From: Diplonema japonicum
Lineage: Eukaryota; Protista; Euglenozoa: Diplonemea
DNA: 64,000 nucleotides
Assembly (NCBI GenBank): GCA_964019335.1
Contig: OZ025751.1
Span: forward strand, 62,001 to 126,000
Reading direction: 5' to 3'
In this document: piece by piece, positions 33,318 to 45,171 of the stretch
Position numbering within the stretch: position 1 is the first letter of the stretch
Layout of the letters: every line of letters begins with the position of its first letter
Translations under genes and position numbers: made by a program
Notes under the pieces: model-generated
What the model saw: only the letters and a program-made list of their open reading frames with translations
Databases searched by the model: none
Told to the model about the DNA's origin: nothing

Positions 33318-33366
33318 TCACGAACTCGAAACCTGTAAAAAAAAAAATTTTTTTTTCTCCCGAAAT

Positions 33367-33397
<31 letters not shown>

Positions 33398-34735
33398 CTT
33401 AGCACCATTGAGACCCCTCTTTTTAATGAAGAGTTTGTTCGTTCCGGGTTTGCGAGACACCACGTATTTCTTGCTTTTTTTCTGCGAGGCTTTCTTCTTC
33501 TTCGGTGCGCCGTCCTCCTCAAATTCCGCCGTTCTCATGTCAACTGTCACAGATTCCTGCGGCGGGCTGGGAACACCCGGTTCACCAAGCAGCTCACCAC
33601 GAACTTTTGCAATAGTCTCATCCAACGAAGGCGCTGTGTAAATTACGTCAGATCCGGTATCGGTGGAAATCTCAGAGCCCCATTTGAACAAATCTTCGGT
33701 CTCTCCAAACTGGATGGACCGATACAAGGAGTACAAGCTTTCAACATTCTCAATGCTGTCGTATTTTACTATTTCGTTGTTGTAATTGATGTCCTTGACA
33801 CCCATGAGGACAACCGCGGTACCACATCCGGCAACTTCGTCGAAAGAGTTGAGCTCGGAGACCTCAACCGGACGGTGTTCCACGTCATACCCCATTCGTG
33901 GTGCGAGCTGCATCAACATCTTGTTTGTACAAGACATCAAAATGGTATCGCTCTTTGGTGTAATGTATTTTTTACGCCCGTCTTTTTCTTTCTTGATCCC
34001 GATGAAGTTGCTCACACTGAACTCTTCAATGTATTTTTTTTCCTTCGCATCTAGATACAGAACAGTGGGGTACCCTTCCGCCCGAGCTTTGATAGACGGA
34101 AGTATGTCCGCACCGTAATTTCCAGAAACCTTCACGTTTCCAACACCAAGCGGAGCGGATCGATCCGCATCCATAACAATTTTAACAGATACCGGTGCAA
34201 GGCCTCCTTTGTAATACGACGACACCGGGATGGCAAGTACCGCGAAGGTGTATTCCGGAGCAGGTTGCAATCCAAGCTGCGGGCCGTGTCCGAACAGAAT
34301 CGGTCGAAGGTACATCGACCCGCCACTTCCGTACGGTGGGAGGAAATCGAGGTTTTCTGTTACCACACGGTCGCAGGCTTCTATGAACATTTCGTGGGGG
34401 ACCTCAGGGATCAGCATTCTTCGAGCGCCTTCTTGCATCCTGCTCACATTCCCGTCTAGATTCCATAACCGGGTCTTCCCGTCTGCGCAGTGATGTGCCT
34501 TTGTCCCTTCAAACAGGCCTTGTCCGTAGTGGATGGCGCTGCTCATAACATGTACCTTGAAGTACGGGTCTTTTTCAAAGACGCCGGCGTCCCATGACCC
34601 GTGTTTCCACGTGTACTTCACGAAGCCGTGTGTGGGCCGGAAATCGAACCCGAGGTTGGGCCAGTCTAGGGCGGCGCCCCCGATTTTTTGGGAGGGAGCG
34701 GGTTTCGTTGTACACCATCGCCTGGCGATCTTCAT
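33318..34735 (-). CDS. BCAT: Branched-chain amino acid aminotransferase, probably mitochondrial, ~450 aa
   Basis: HYGQGLFEGTKA, YLRP, KVSGNY, EEFSVSNF and GCGTAVV; probable terminal intron 33333-33397 giving ...GAK|VSSS*. Confidence 0.9.
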
Positions 34736-34907
34736 TTTTTTTTTTTTTTGCTTTTTTTTTTTTTTTTTTTTTTTGTGAAGGAAAAAAAATTCGCTATGAT
34801 AGGAACGAAGTGGTTAGCAACGGTCCGCCGGTCCGTAAAAAAAAAAAAAAAAAAAAAAAAAAATGCGGTAGAAGGCCTAATAGTGTGAAAAGGAAACGAG
34901 TGTCATA

Positions 34908-35693
34908 TCAGCCAGCAGGGTGTTGTGTTCGTACCTCCTCCCTGCCGATGTCTCCGAGACCGGGGTGCCACATGTCCACGATTAAGGTCAGCCTTTCTCC
35001 GTTTCGCTGTTCGACGCCGTGCGAGTAGGAATCGTCGAAAATAAACCACGAGCCGGGGTTCTGCTGCACCGGGTCGTTGTTCACGAGGAAAGTTGTTTCC
35101 TCATTGGGCGGGGTGAGGGGCAACTGTGCCCTGAGACGAGCGTTTGTGGGACCGTGATGCACAGGGATGGTGCTGTTCGGAGAGATTCTCGATACGAAAA
35201 CATTGAAGAAGCACGTGCCTGTCATGAGGTCCATCTTTTGCAGAGTTTTCCAGGTGTAAGGAAGCTTTCTTATCGCATTCTGAGACACCACCCCTTGGTT
35301 CACTAGAAACACACGTTTCCACCCATTTTCATCTACCACGAGCTCGTTTTCCCCCTCCAAGAATTTTTGGACTTCTATAAGAACCTTCTCCCCGATGATT
35401 TTCGTTTTTTCATTGTAGTACAGACCGGCGGCGTCCCAAACCGGGCAGCCTTCCAAGCCTTCGACAAAGTGCATTTCCGGTTTTCGACCGTCGTTTATGT
35501 GAGCTACCTCAGGCCTGGGGTGTTTTTGGCCATCCTTCCCACATCTCACACACCCCGGGTTTGTGCAGATTTTGCTCATTTTTTTCTTATCCCGCTGCTT
35601 CTTGCGGACTTCACCGTAAATTGTCCCAAGGGCCACACACAGCAGGATCAGCCACCCTAGCAGGGACGCCGCCTGGTCTTCAGTTTCAATCAT
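34908..35693 (-). CDS. Aspartyl/asparaginyl beta-hydroxylase domain protein (ASPHD-like)
   Basis: N-terminal TM then CxxxxCVRC; HHGPTNARLRAQLPL, FDDSYSH and RLTLIVDMWHP. Confidence 0.85.
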   Translation of the reverse strand: MIETEDQAASLLGWLILLCVALGTIYGEVRKKQRDKKKMSKICTNPGCVRCGKDGQKHPRPEVAHINDGRKPEMHFVEGLEGCPVWDAAGLYYNEKTKIIGEKVLIEVQKFLEGENELVVDENGWKRVFLVNQGVVSQNAIRKLPYTWKTLQKMDLMTGTCFFNVFVSRISPNSTIPVHHGPTNARLRAQLPLTPPNEETTFLVNNDPVQQNPGSWFIFDDSYSHGVEQRNGERLTLIVDMWHPGLGDIGREEVRTQHPAG

Positions 35694-36404
35694 TGGAGGA
35701 AAAAGAAAAAAAAAAAAAAAGAAAAAGGAAGAAAAAAAGATCACTTTGGGAAAAGGAAGCTCCCGATGGGGAGTCCCAAAGACGCAAGAAGAAAAAAAAA
35801 GGAAGAATACAGAATACTAAAAGAAGATTGTAATTTGTAATAAACATAAAGAAGGGGGAGGAGGAGGAGGGGGGATACATAGAAAAAAAAGGAGGGCGGG
35901 AGGGGGGGGTAAAAAAGTGATTAAAGTGAGAGATAGATGCGAAAATAAAAAACTGGGGGGGGGGAAAGAACGAACAAACATATTTTCGATAAATCTTTTT
36001 ATTTTCCTTTTCTCACGTTTTTTTTTTTTTTAAATACCACCCCTTCCCCTTTCTTTACCTCTCATCCTTTCGACAGACCCTTTCCCTCGTTTTTGAATAA
36101 AACGAGTTCCAAAAGAGAAGCAAGCAGAAGAAAAAAAAAAGCAAAAGCTGGGGGGAAGGGGAATGGGCGAAGAAGAAAAGAAAAAGAATAAAAACTAGAC
36201 ATTTAGGGGGGTGCGTTGTCGCACTCACCTACAGCTAAAAAGAAAAGAATACAAAAAAAAAAACTTTTCAGTGTAACCCTTTTAGAAAACCTCCTTCTTC
36301 CCCCCTTCAACTTCTTTTTCAAAAGAAAAAAGAAAAAAAACCTCTCTATTTTTTTTTTTCTAACAAATTTTTTTTAAAGAACAAAAGAAAAAAAAAAAAG
36401 AAAA

Positions 36405-36838
36405 CTACAACACATGGTCGTCCTCATCTTCCTGCTGGGCTCGATGCTGACTCGTCAGCGCTTGGTCTTCGTGGTCCAGTTCTTCGACCGTTACATCTGA
36501 ATCACTCCGCTGGCCGAGTATAATTAGAACAACGGAGATGAGAAACAGAGCAAGAGTGGGAAGCAATGCACTCAACTGTTTTTTTTTTTTTTTTTTTTTT
36601 TTTTTTTCTTTTTTTCTTCCATACCGAAACCGACTTACTGTCAACAGGTGTAAACTCCACTGTAAGGTCACTCGTTTCAACCCATTCAGCAGTCTTTTAA
36701 AAATAAAAAAATTTTTTTTTTCTTCCTTCTCCCCATACCTCTCCAGCAGCCAACGCATCAGTAGCGTAAGTTGGCCTCACACTGACATAATTTATATCCG
36801 ACAAAAGCTCCAATTTCACAAGCTTAACTTTAACAGCT

Positions 36839-36878
<40 letters not shown>

Positions 36879-38870
36879 CCTCTCAAACCTGCGGTATGCT
36901 TCTTCACAACACGCATTGCACTGAGGTCAGGGTTCTCCACTCTGACATACATGAAATCCTGATCGGAAAACCCGGCATCGGCAACAATCCTGGGAAAAAA
37001 GAAAGAAAAAAAATTTTTTTTTCCCCTACTTTTTCCTCCCCCTCCCCTCATCATACTTAAACTCCCCCTGCGTCATTGCAGTGGCAGTGTTGAAGGTGTA
37101 AGCAAGCCCGTTGCTGTACCAACCTGGGTTTCCCTTTGTCATCACCTTGTCAGAACAGATAGTACAGCCCGGTTTGAAATCATCTGTGACGGTAGTTCCA
37201 TCCGCTGAAAATTTCGGGACTTGAATAGTGGTGAATTTTGAGGTTTTTTGAGCGTCAACATTCAACACGTTCTGCGGCTGCACCGCTGTTCTAATTGTTG
37301 CGGTGCCGGTGTTTCTTAAAATTGTTTTGACCGTAACCTGCTTAGAGGTGTAGGTGATCTCCCTTGTCAGCTCGTAAGAATATTCCGGAGACACGGAATC
37401 TTCGGCTTCCATGACAAGTTTTTCCGCCGTCTGCTCTGTAACATTCCAAACTAACGGTGTTTCGATTCGATAAGGGTAGGCTGGGTCATAATCCGCAGCC
37501 CCCGCCGGTTTTGTAAGTTTCCCCACTCCGATTTTCAAAAACGATTGTCCAGAAGGTGTAGCATCCCATCCTAGAACACCGTTGGTCACGGGTGTTCCGG
37601 AATCTGAAACGGTTAGACCAGAACAGGTAGCCGATGCTTCCCCGCACCCCCATTCGTATGCAAATCCCAACGGTGCGCTCCCGTACGGATTCCACGTTGA
37701 TGGAGTTGGTTTGGACAATGTGTGCGGCCATCTTGCTAAATTGTCCTTATCCGTGGTCCGTGAAGTAATAGCAGCGATGACAAGCCATTCGTAACGAGAA
37801 CCTCTGTAGACACCATTTACCCTAGACGGAGTGAAAACCGTGACATTCCCCAAACCGTCCGTGAGGGGTTCCGCTGCAAACTCTTTCAGATAACAGTTTT
37901 CCTGGCCGGTTTTCACGCTCGAAAAATTACCAATTGGTGTCCATGCGTTCACGGTGTCCATTGCCGTGAACCCGCCGTAGCAAGCCGGGAACGTGTTGAG
38001 AAGGGGAAGGAGGTTGTTTTCCGCGATTTTACAATCGGCGGCGAGGCCGACACACGACCCGATCGTCGTTCTCCCCACTCCTAAAATATTCGTTACCGAT
38101 GTATAATGAGCTTCTGTACCTCCTTCAAAACAAATACACGTTCTTGGTAGCGTTGTAGAACAAGAGGCATTACAGCTTCCTGCGGTTTTGTTAAACCCGT
38201 CCCGTCCGGGGTATGCGATGGTTCCGTATTTAACAGTGAAATAGTCAACGGCGGGAGACAGTGTTGGCAATGCTGTGAACAAGGGCTGCCCGGTGATGAG
38301 ATCGCTGTCTTGAAGTGTTAATGCAATCGATGATGGGGGAAGGGTTTGCCTCAACAAATTTAAAAGACTGTTGAGGTTTGCCGTTGCTGTTTGCAATAGA
38401 GCCTGTGAAGACCATGGCTGGTTCTGTTCTGATAATGTCTCGTCTGGGTTGACGCTTGGTACAAACAGAATGTCTATCCCATCGTACCAGTTTCCTAGAG
38501 TGCTTGCAATGCTCTCTGCGAGGATGTTGATGTTGACCGGTGCTAGGCATTGTGTCCATTTTGAACCGGTTTTTTCAGTACCCACTCGGACTACAACCGA
38601 GACTCCCGCATCGCGAAGTACCTTGAGTTTCAACCCATTTTTGTCAAGGCACACCTCAGCGGGCTTGGTAACACTGCAGTCCGGGTTAATTTCCATTGAT
38701 TTAATCAACAAGTGACTGTACTTATCAATGATCTCTGCTTGATTCCACAGAATTTTGCACTCAGCAGCATCGTCGACTTCCATCACCATTTTGTTCGCCA
38801 TTGGTTGCGCAGTCGACATCACCACCACCAATGACATCACTGCAAAATTCTTGATAACACCACGATACAT
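36405..38870 (-). CDS. Type I membrane protein: GH18-like barrel plus galactose-mutarotase-like domain, 5 exons, ~750 aa
   Basis: Exons 38870-37057, 36989-36889, 36836-36739, 36693-36625 and 36575-36405 join in frame; signal peptide, YDGIDIL, YRGSRYEW...FLKIGVG...LRNTG and a C-terminal TM. Confidence 0.7.
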
Positions 38871-39958
38871 TTCCTTTTTTTTTTCTTTTTTTTTTTCCCT
38901 TGAGGGAGTATCCCCTTCTTCTCCTTTTTTTTTTTGTATTTAATATGTGTTGGAGAGAATTAAAAAAAAACGCGGGAGGGGAGGGGGTGGATAAAAAAAA
39001 AAAGAAAAAAAATTCTGGCAAGGTGTGTGCGTGTGTTGGGGAAGGGGTGTGAAGAAAATGGGGGAGAGGGTTTTGATTTTTTTTTTGATCGCACCTTTTT
39101 TTTTTTGTCCTCATCTTTTTTTCTTTTTTTTTTCTCTCTCTCTCTCCCCCCCCTTTTTTTCCCCTAATATCGACAAAAAAAAGGGGGGGATGAATAAAAA
39201 AATAAATATAAAAAAACCGCCCCGCTTTGTGTCATGTCATGAAAATTCATATCACCCTCTTGATTTTTTAAAAAAAGATTTTTTTTAAGAGGGACATAAA
39301 TATTTCATTCAAAGTTTGACTACAACACCACCGAAAAAAAGAGAAGAAAAAAAAATCACCACCCTATGAAACCCAGCCAAAAAAAAAAGAGAAAAGAAAA
39401 GAGAAAAAAAAACATAAAACAGATCTACACGCAGCAGGAAGCAGGGGGGAGAGGGCTGGGTGGGGAAAACAACTTGCAAATTGTATTCTCGGTGCCCCCT
39501 TTTATTTACCTCTCATATCCCATTTGACAGCCCCCCCTATTTTTTTTTAAAATCTTTTGTTTTCCGTTTCTTTCTTTGATTCAGAATGGGAAGATCGGAG
39601 AGATGAGAAGAAAAAGAAAAAAATAATTTTTTCACTTGCAGGGAATATAAAAAAAAAACTGATTTCAGCACCCTCCAGCCGCTTTTTCTTCCTTTTTTTT
39701 TTTTTTTTTTTTTTTCTGAGCGGACAAAGCATATAATGCAGGGCAAAAAAAAAAAGAGGCGGGCAAAGGGGAAACGTTTCTTTTCATTTTTTTCCCCCCT
39801 CCCCTTCCCCATCATCCATTCACCCCATTTTTTTTCTTTTCCCCTCAAATGTCCTGCGATCAATAAAAAAAGAAAAAAAAGATGCTATAAAAAAAAAAAA
39901 GAAAATAATAATAATAAGGCCAACATCAGTCAAACCAAAAAGAGAAAAAAAAAAAAAA

Positions 39959-41052
39959 TCAATTCCCATAATCGTCATACAACATAAACGAATCGCCTGA
40001 AGCCAGGCCTTCTTCCTGTTGAACGGGGGAAGAGGCAAATGTGGCTGGACCTGCTGGAAGGGGCTCAAAACCGGAAGAAGAGAAGCAAGGAGGGGGCCGG
40101 ACGTGAAAGCATGGTGGTGTCCACTCCGATGCGGTTGCGCTAAGGCAAGAAGGAGAAGGTTGAGAAGGCGGTGTTGGGGTCCATTCTGAAGCCCTTGGGT
40201 CAAGAGTCTTCTTCTTCTTCGCCAACCGTTTATTCAACACAGATGGGGGTACAAACTCTTGAGCAGTGGGGTCCAACATGGGGCTCCTGATTTTTTTTTT
40301 TTTTTTTTTTTTTTTTTGAAATACCTCGCCACCGGTTTGATAGGCGGTGTGAAAACCTGCGCTTTCGGATCGAAAACCCTGCTAAAGGGTTTGGCCGTTT
40401 CTTTCTTTGGTTCGGGTTTAGGTGACGAAGATCCCGTTTGTTTGATTTTAACCACTTTGAACACCCCTTGAGACCAACAATTTTGCACAGTAGAAAGCAG
40501 CCTGGATGGCTTTTCCGACTTCGCCCAGTCCAGGGTAAGATTCATTTGAGTCTTCGTGCTTTGCTTACCCATGGCGGTCATAAATAGCGGGTAGATTTCC
40601 AGAACCTCTTCCAAGGGCATGGATAGGAGGTCTTTGATGCCGTTGGCGTCTTTTCCTTTTCTTGTGAAGTGGCCGTAGGACGTTGAAAGTGGTGGAGTTG
40701 AGGATTTCCCCACCGGTGTTCGGTGAGATCTTGCCGATTCCGGTGAAGAGCAAAACGACATCGCTGGTGTTGTGCCCCGTGACCGTTCTAGTTTTGGGCT
40801 GTTCTCCTTTTCCTTTATCATGTTTGGGTCCCGCCGTCCTCTCCCCGCTCCCCATCCCCGTGATTCCTAAAAAAAAAAAAAAAAAGGTTTTTTTTTTTTT
40901 TTTTTTTTTTAAATAAAACTCCATACCCCTGGAACCCCCACAACCACCACATCTAACTCCCTGCCGTGCCCCCTGTGGATGATCCTCGCCTCCACGCCCT
41001 TTGCACCTGCCTCCGACGGCTGGCTTCTAATACTCGGTGATTGCCCGGTCAT
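39959..41052 (-). CDS. Disordered protein with four PAM2-like motifs, 3 exons, ~331 aa
   Basis: Introns 40867-40926 and 40287-40324 join three ORF pieces in frame; motifs FDPKAQVFTP, LDPTAQEFVP, LDPRASEWTP and LSATASEWTP. Confidence 0.7.
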
Positions 41053-41413
41053 CGTCACCTCGATTTTTTTTTTCTTTTCCCCCTCTCTCTCTCCCCCCCG
41101 CCTCCTCCTTTTTTTTTTTTTTTTCCCTGAAAAAAATTTAAAAAAACACTGGAGATATGGGGGCAAAAAAAAAATAACATCGAAAAAAAAAATAAAAAAT
41201 GGGGAGTGGATTTTCTTATAAAAAAAAAGAGGGAGGGGAGTAGGGGAAAGGAAGTTACATTTTTTTTTTTGGGGAGGGGAGGGAGAGGGATAGAGAAGGA
41301 TAAAAAAAAATTATAAAATTCTAAGTAAATATGTTCCTCCACCACCCACCTCCCATTTTTTTTTTTTTGACAAAATCGAAAAGAGAAAAAAAAAAAAAAA
41401 AGAAGAAAATCTA

Positions 41414-43039
41414 TCATCTTGAAATGGTTATTGGAGCGGCACCAAGCATTTCGTCCTGAGGATGGGGCGGGGGTGGGGGGAAGAAATGGTAAGGCATCCC
41501 ACCACCCGTTCCCAAACCACACTGTTGTTGTTGTTGTTGCTGCTGCATCTGCAAAACCTGTTGATTCTGCTGCAACAAGGACACGATGACAGAGTTGGTT
41601 GCCTCTTGCCTCTCTGAAATCTTCAAAATGGAAGACTCGAAGGACTGCAACCGCTGCTCCAACGGAGATGATACACTCTGCTGCGCCGGCTGCTGAATAG
41701 ATTTCACAGACGCTTGACGAGTAAGCGGTGACAAACCCACCGATTTATATGAAACCTGCCCAGGAGAGAAGGTCCTGGTCCCCACAGAAGCCGCTTCAGA
41801 TTTCACTATTACTGGTGACTCTATAGTTTCAGAAGGTGACAGCACCAAATTGCTATTTAACGGCTGTGGTGGTTCAACCCTATTGATGAGCCCGGAACCT
41901 GCTGAAAATCTACGAGAGCTCTCTAAAGGGGACGGTGCAACCGGGCTGAAATGAGTACTCTTCCCGTCATCGTCACCATCAACAGCCAAATACGGGTGCT
42001 GCAACAGCTGTTCAGGAGCGGGGCGTTTTTTAGGATCCCTTACAAAGCAATTTTTCAAAAACTCCGCCAGATCCCCTGATATGCCTACAGGTAATTGAAC
42101 AGGGTACCCCTCGCTTAACATTTTCGCAGCAGATTCTCTGCTTCCCAAATGCGACCATGGCCGCTCACCCGTGTACAGCTCCATGGTCAAGCATCCCAAC
42201 GCCCATATGTCAGTAGATATCTGCGGATGGATGTCATTGTGAACATCTTTTGAAAACTCTTCTGGAGGCAGCCAAGGCCGTTCCTTCGCCAGCCACTCCC
42301 GTTTAACAGCCCATTGTACAATCGGGCAGGTGAGTTTCATGTTTTTCGTATTTCGGTCGTAAAATATAGACGTGGACCGGATGTACCCGTGGGCGGTGTT
42401 GTGGCTCTCGAGAAAATTCAATCCCTGGAGAAGGTTCCGGAGCAGGGTTTTCAGACTGGAAGGTTTGAAAGTCGCGCCTTTTGACAATGTTGGGAAGGAA
42501 ACGCTTTCCTTGTGTATCAAAAAAAAATTCGCGCCGCGCTTCTCGGTGAATAGATATTGCTGGATGTAAGGTGATGCGGGTAGAACGGTTAGTACATCGA
42601 CGGCCCAATGAACACGGCTCTCCAAAAAATGCCGTTCCGGTCGGGTCCCTGCTGACACGTCCACGGTGGTGGTGGTCATAACCTTGCCGTTGTCCATGCA
42701 GAGCCGTTCCCTTTGTTTCTGATGCCGTCGTTGGGACCGTGCGTGAAGGGTGTTGTTGTTGTTGTTTCTACGGGTGGGTTTTTTTTTTTGCGGGGTGGGC
42801 GGCGGCGACGCTACTACAGGGTCTGCGGGGGTGATACGCTCTCTCTCGGCTGTGCGCAGGCGGGGCCCTTTTGCAATCGTTTTGTTGTTGTTGTTGTTGT
42901 CGTCCGCCGTCTTCTCCTTGTCCGACCCGCACACGTGGGTGTCGATTTTATCCTGTATGCGGTCCCATGTTTTGAGGTTGTACTCCAGCATCTCCGCCAC
43001 CGTCTCTAGAAATTTGCTCCCGCTTAGGTTGTTGCTGTT

Positions 43040-43042
<3 letters not shown>
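41414..43042 (-). CDS. STE/MAP3K-like pseudokinase
   Basis: Start MNSNNL at 43042; C-lobe motifs WLPPE, TDIWALGC and CFVRDPKKRP present, but HRD is HGY and there is no DFG. Confidence 0.75.
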
Positions 43043-43073
<31 letters not shown>

Positions 43074-43768
43074 TTTCCTTTTTTTTTTTTTTTCTTCTTT
43101 CTTTTATGTGGATCTTTAGAACCCTTCACTCGATACAGAGAAGCGAAGCTCAGCGAGCGCAAAAGTCCATATTGATGTTAGCATACAACGCATTCAGCGC
43201 AGGTATCCTGTACCCGATGGCTTCAGACGCGTACGAAAAGAACACTCACTAGAGGGCTGTCGGGGGTGATTAGTTGGTGTGCATTTACAAAGAAGCCCGT
43301 AGCCACATCGAAGAGAAAATAGGCAGCGACGAAGGGAAAGATAGATGTATTAAGAAGAGGGGAAAAAAAAGGGATGCGAAGGAAATAAACATCAACCTCA
43401 TCAAAAAAAAAAAAAAAAAAAAAAAAAACAGGTGAGGAGAGAAGAAAGAAAGAAATATGTAAGAAAGGAAAGTTTTTTTTTTCTCTTTCTTTTTTTTTAA
43501 ACCCCTTAAAAAAAGACCAACCAAGATGGAAAAAAAAAAAAAATTCCCCTCCCCTTATGTCGAATCGGTGTGCATTGTACTACCGGAGTTTATTTTTTTT
43601 TCTTTTTTTGATGGGAAGGGGGTATACTTTCTCTGGTCTTTTTTTTTTTTTTTTTTTTTTGTAAGGGTCAACATATACATTTCTTTTTTTTTCTTCTTTC
43701 TGTCTCAGGGTTCCTCCTTATTGGGTGTGCACACCAGCCAACCGTAACAAACAAACAAACAAACAACA

Positions 43769-43820
<52 letters not shown>

Positions 43821-43825
43821 GACTC

Positions 43826-45133
43826 TCACGAAAGCAGGTGAGAATACGTTTTCTGCAAAAGATAGGCTTTTGACAGCCACATGCTGACTGTGTCCTCGGT
43901 GGCGTCCTTTGTGGGCAGAGACCTCAAAAATGTCATCAGCTCATTGAAGTCACACCCCATTATCTGTTCTCGCCAGTGAAACAAAAACGCGGTGCAGACG
44001 TAAGTGTGAAAATCCCCCGAATCGGGGCCCTCTGCAAGGTAGCAGTCCCACAACCGTTTCACCGCGTCGAGGGGCAGCTCCCGGACGAGAAAGCACGTCC
44101 CCCATCGCCAGATAAAATCCCGGAGAAAATCAGCCCCGAGGGAGATGATATGCTGATGGAGCACAGCATCGGCCTTCGACACCAACAAGCTAACCCGCAA
44201 CGCGGTTTTTTGCACACCTGGCTGAGCAGGTATGTAATAATCCTGAACGTGATCCAACAGCGTCGACAACGACCAGTAACAGTCAGACTCGACCTGAAAA
44301 AGTAACGAGGGAGCGAGGTTTTCAAGCACCGATGAGACAGAACACACATTCGTGTGATGCAAAAGATTCGTGTGACAGATCTCCGAAAAATAAACAGCGA
44401 CAAACGGAGTGAGAAGCGCGTCCATTCCTTGAACATATCCGCTGCCGGGATGCCGCACCCCCCACAAATATAACACCCGGTGACATATTGCTTGTATCTT
44501 TAAGTCGCGAAAAAGTGGTTTTCCGGGTTGCATCCGTTTCACGTCGATGTGGATTTGCCGTGATATTCCGAGTTCGGTTCTATTGCTCCCCTCGTAGTAT
44601 TTGTTGCAGAGGCTTCTGTATTCTTCCGTTTTGTGCGATTCTTCCAATGTTCGGCGAGATTTTTTGGCGGGAATGCACCCGGTTAGCAATCGCCATACGT
44701 GGGCACGATACTTGTCGGGTACCCCTGTCCATGATAAGGCTCGCAGACAGTCGTCCCGGGAGCTGCCGATTTCAATTATATCTTGTGCTAGGAGGGTTTG
44801 AAATGTTTCTTCTGTAAGGGTTTGTGTGTAAATTGGAGCTTCTTTAGGAACGTCGGTCGGCTCGTCTTCTCCTTCCGATGCGTCTGGGAAATCTTCCTCG
44901 ACTTCGAATTTTAAGGAGACTTTGTCTTTGCTGACGTGGGCTTGGACGTCGCTTGCGGTTTTCACAGGCACACCATTTATTTTTTCCACGTTCCGCCCTA
45001 CCCAGCTGCTCACCCCAGCTTGTTCCGCGGGGGAGCCCGCGTCCACAGATACCAGTTTTATACCGTCAAAAACCATTCCGTACAGCTGCCCTGTTCGCTT
45101 TCTTGTAAATTGTACCGTGTTATCATTTTCCAT
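43826..45133 (-). CDS. TBC1D22/Gyp1-like RabGAP with N-terminal PDZ-like domain
   Basis: Start MENDN at 45133; QIHIDVKR (R finger), GYVQGM (Q finger), ESDCYW and RLWDCYLAE; PDZ-like GSPAEQAG...INGVPV. Confidence 0.85.
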   Translation of the reverse strand: MENDNTVQFTRKRTGQLYGMVFDGIKLVSVDAGSPAEQAGVSSWVGRNVEKINGVPVKTASDVQAHVSKDKVSLKFEVEEDFPDASEGEDEPTDVPKEAPIYTQTLTEETFQTLLAQDIIEIGSSRDDCLRALSWTGVPDKYRAHVWRLLTGCIPAKKSRRTLEESHKTEEYRSLCNKYYEGSNRTELGISRQIHIDVKRMQPGKPLFRDLKIQAICHRVLYLWGVRHPGSGYVQGMDALLTPFVAVYFSEICHTNLLHHTNVCSVSSVLENLAPSLLFQVESDCYWSLSTLLDHVQDYYIPAQPGVQKTALRVSLLVSKADAVLHQHIISLGADFLRDFIWRWGTCFLVRELPLDAVKRLWDCYLAEGPDSGDFHTYVCTAFLFHWREQIMGCDFNELMTFLRSLPTKDATEDTVSMWLSKAYLLQKTYSHLLS

Positions 45134-45171
45134 TTTTTTTTTTTTTTTTTTTTTCCCTGAACGGGTTATAT

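Noticed and set aside
39919-39931. Short match (ccaacatcagt) to the snoRNA box D end
   Set aside because: About 12 nt only, with no guide or box C.
43105-43310. High-complexity island upstream of the pseudokinase
   Set aside because: No clear ORF, splice junction or RNA motif could be supported.
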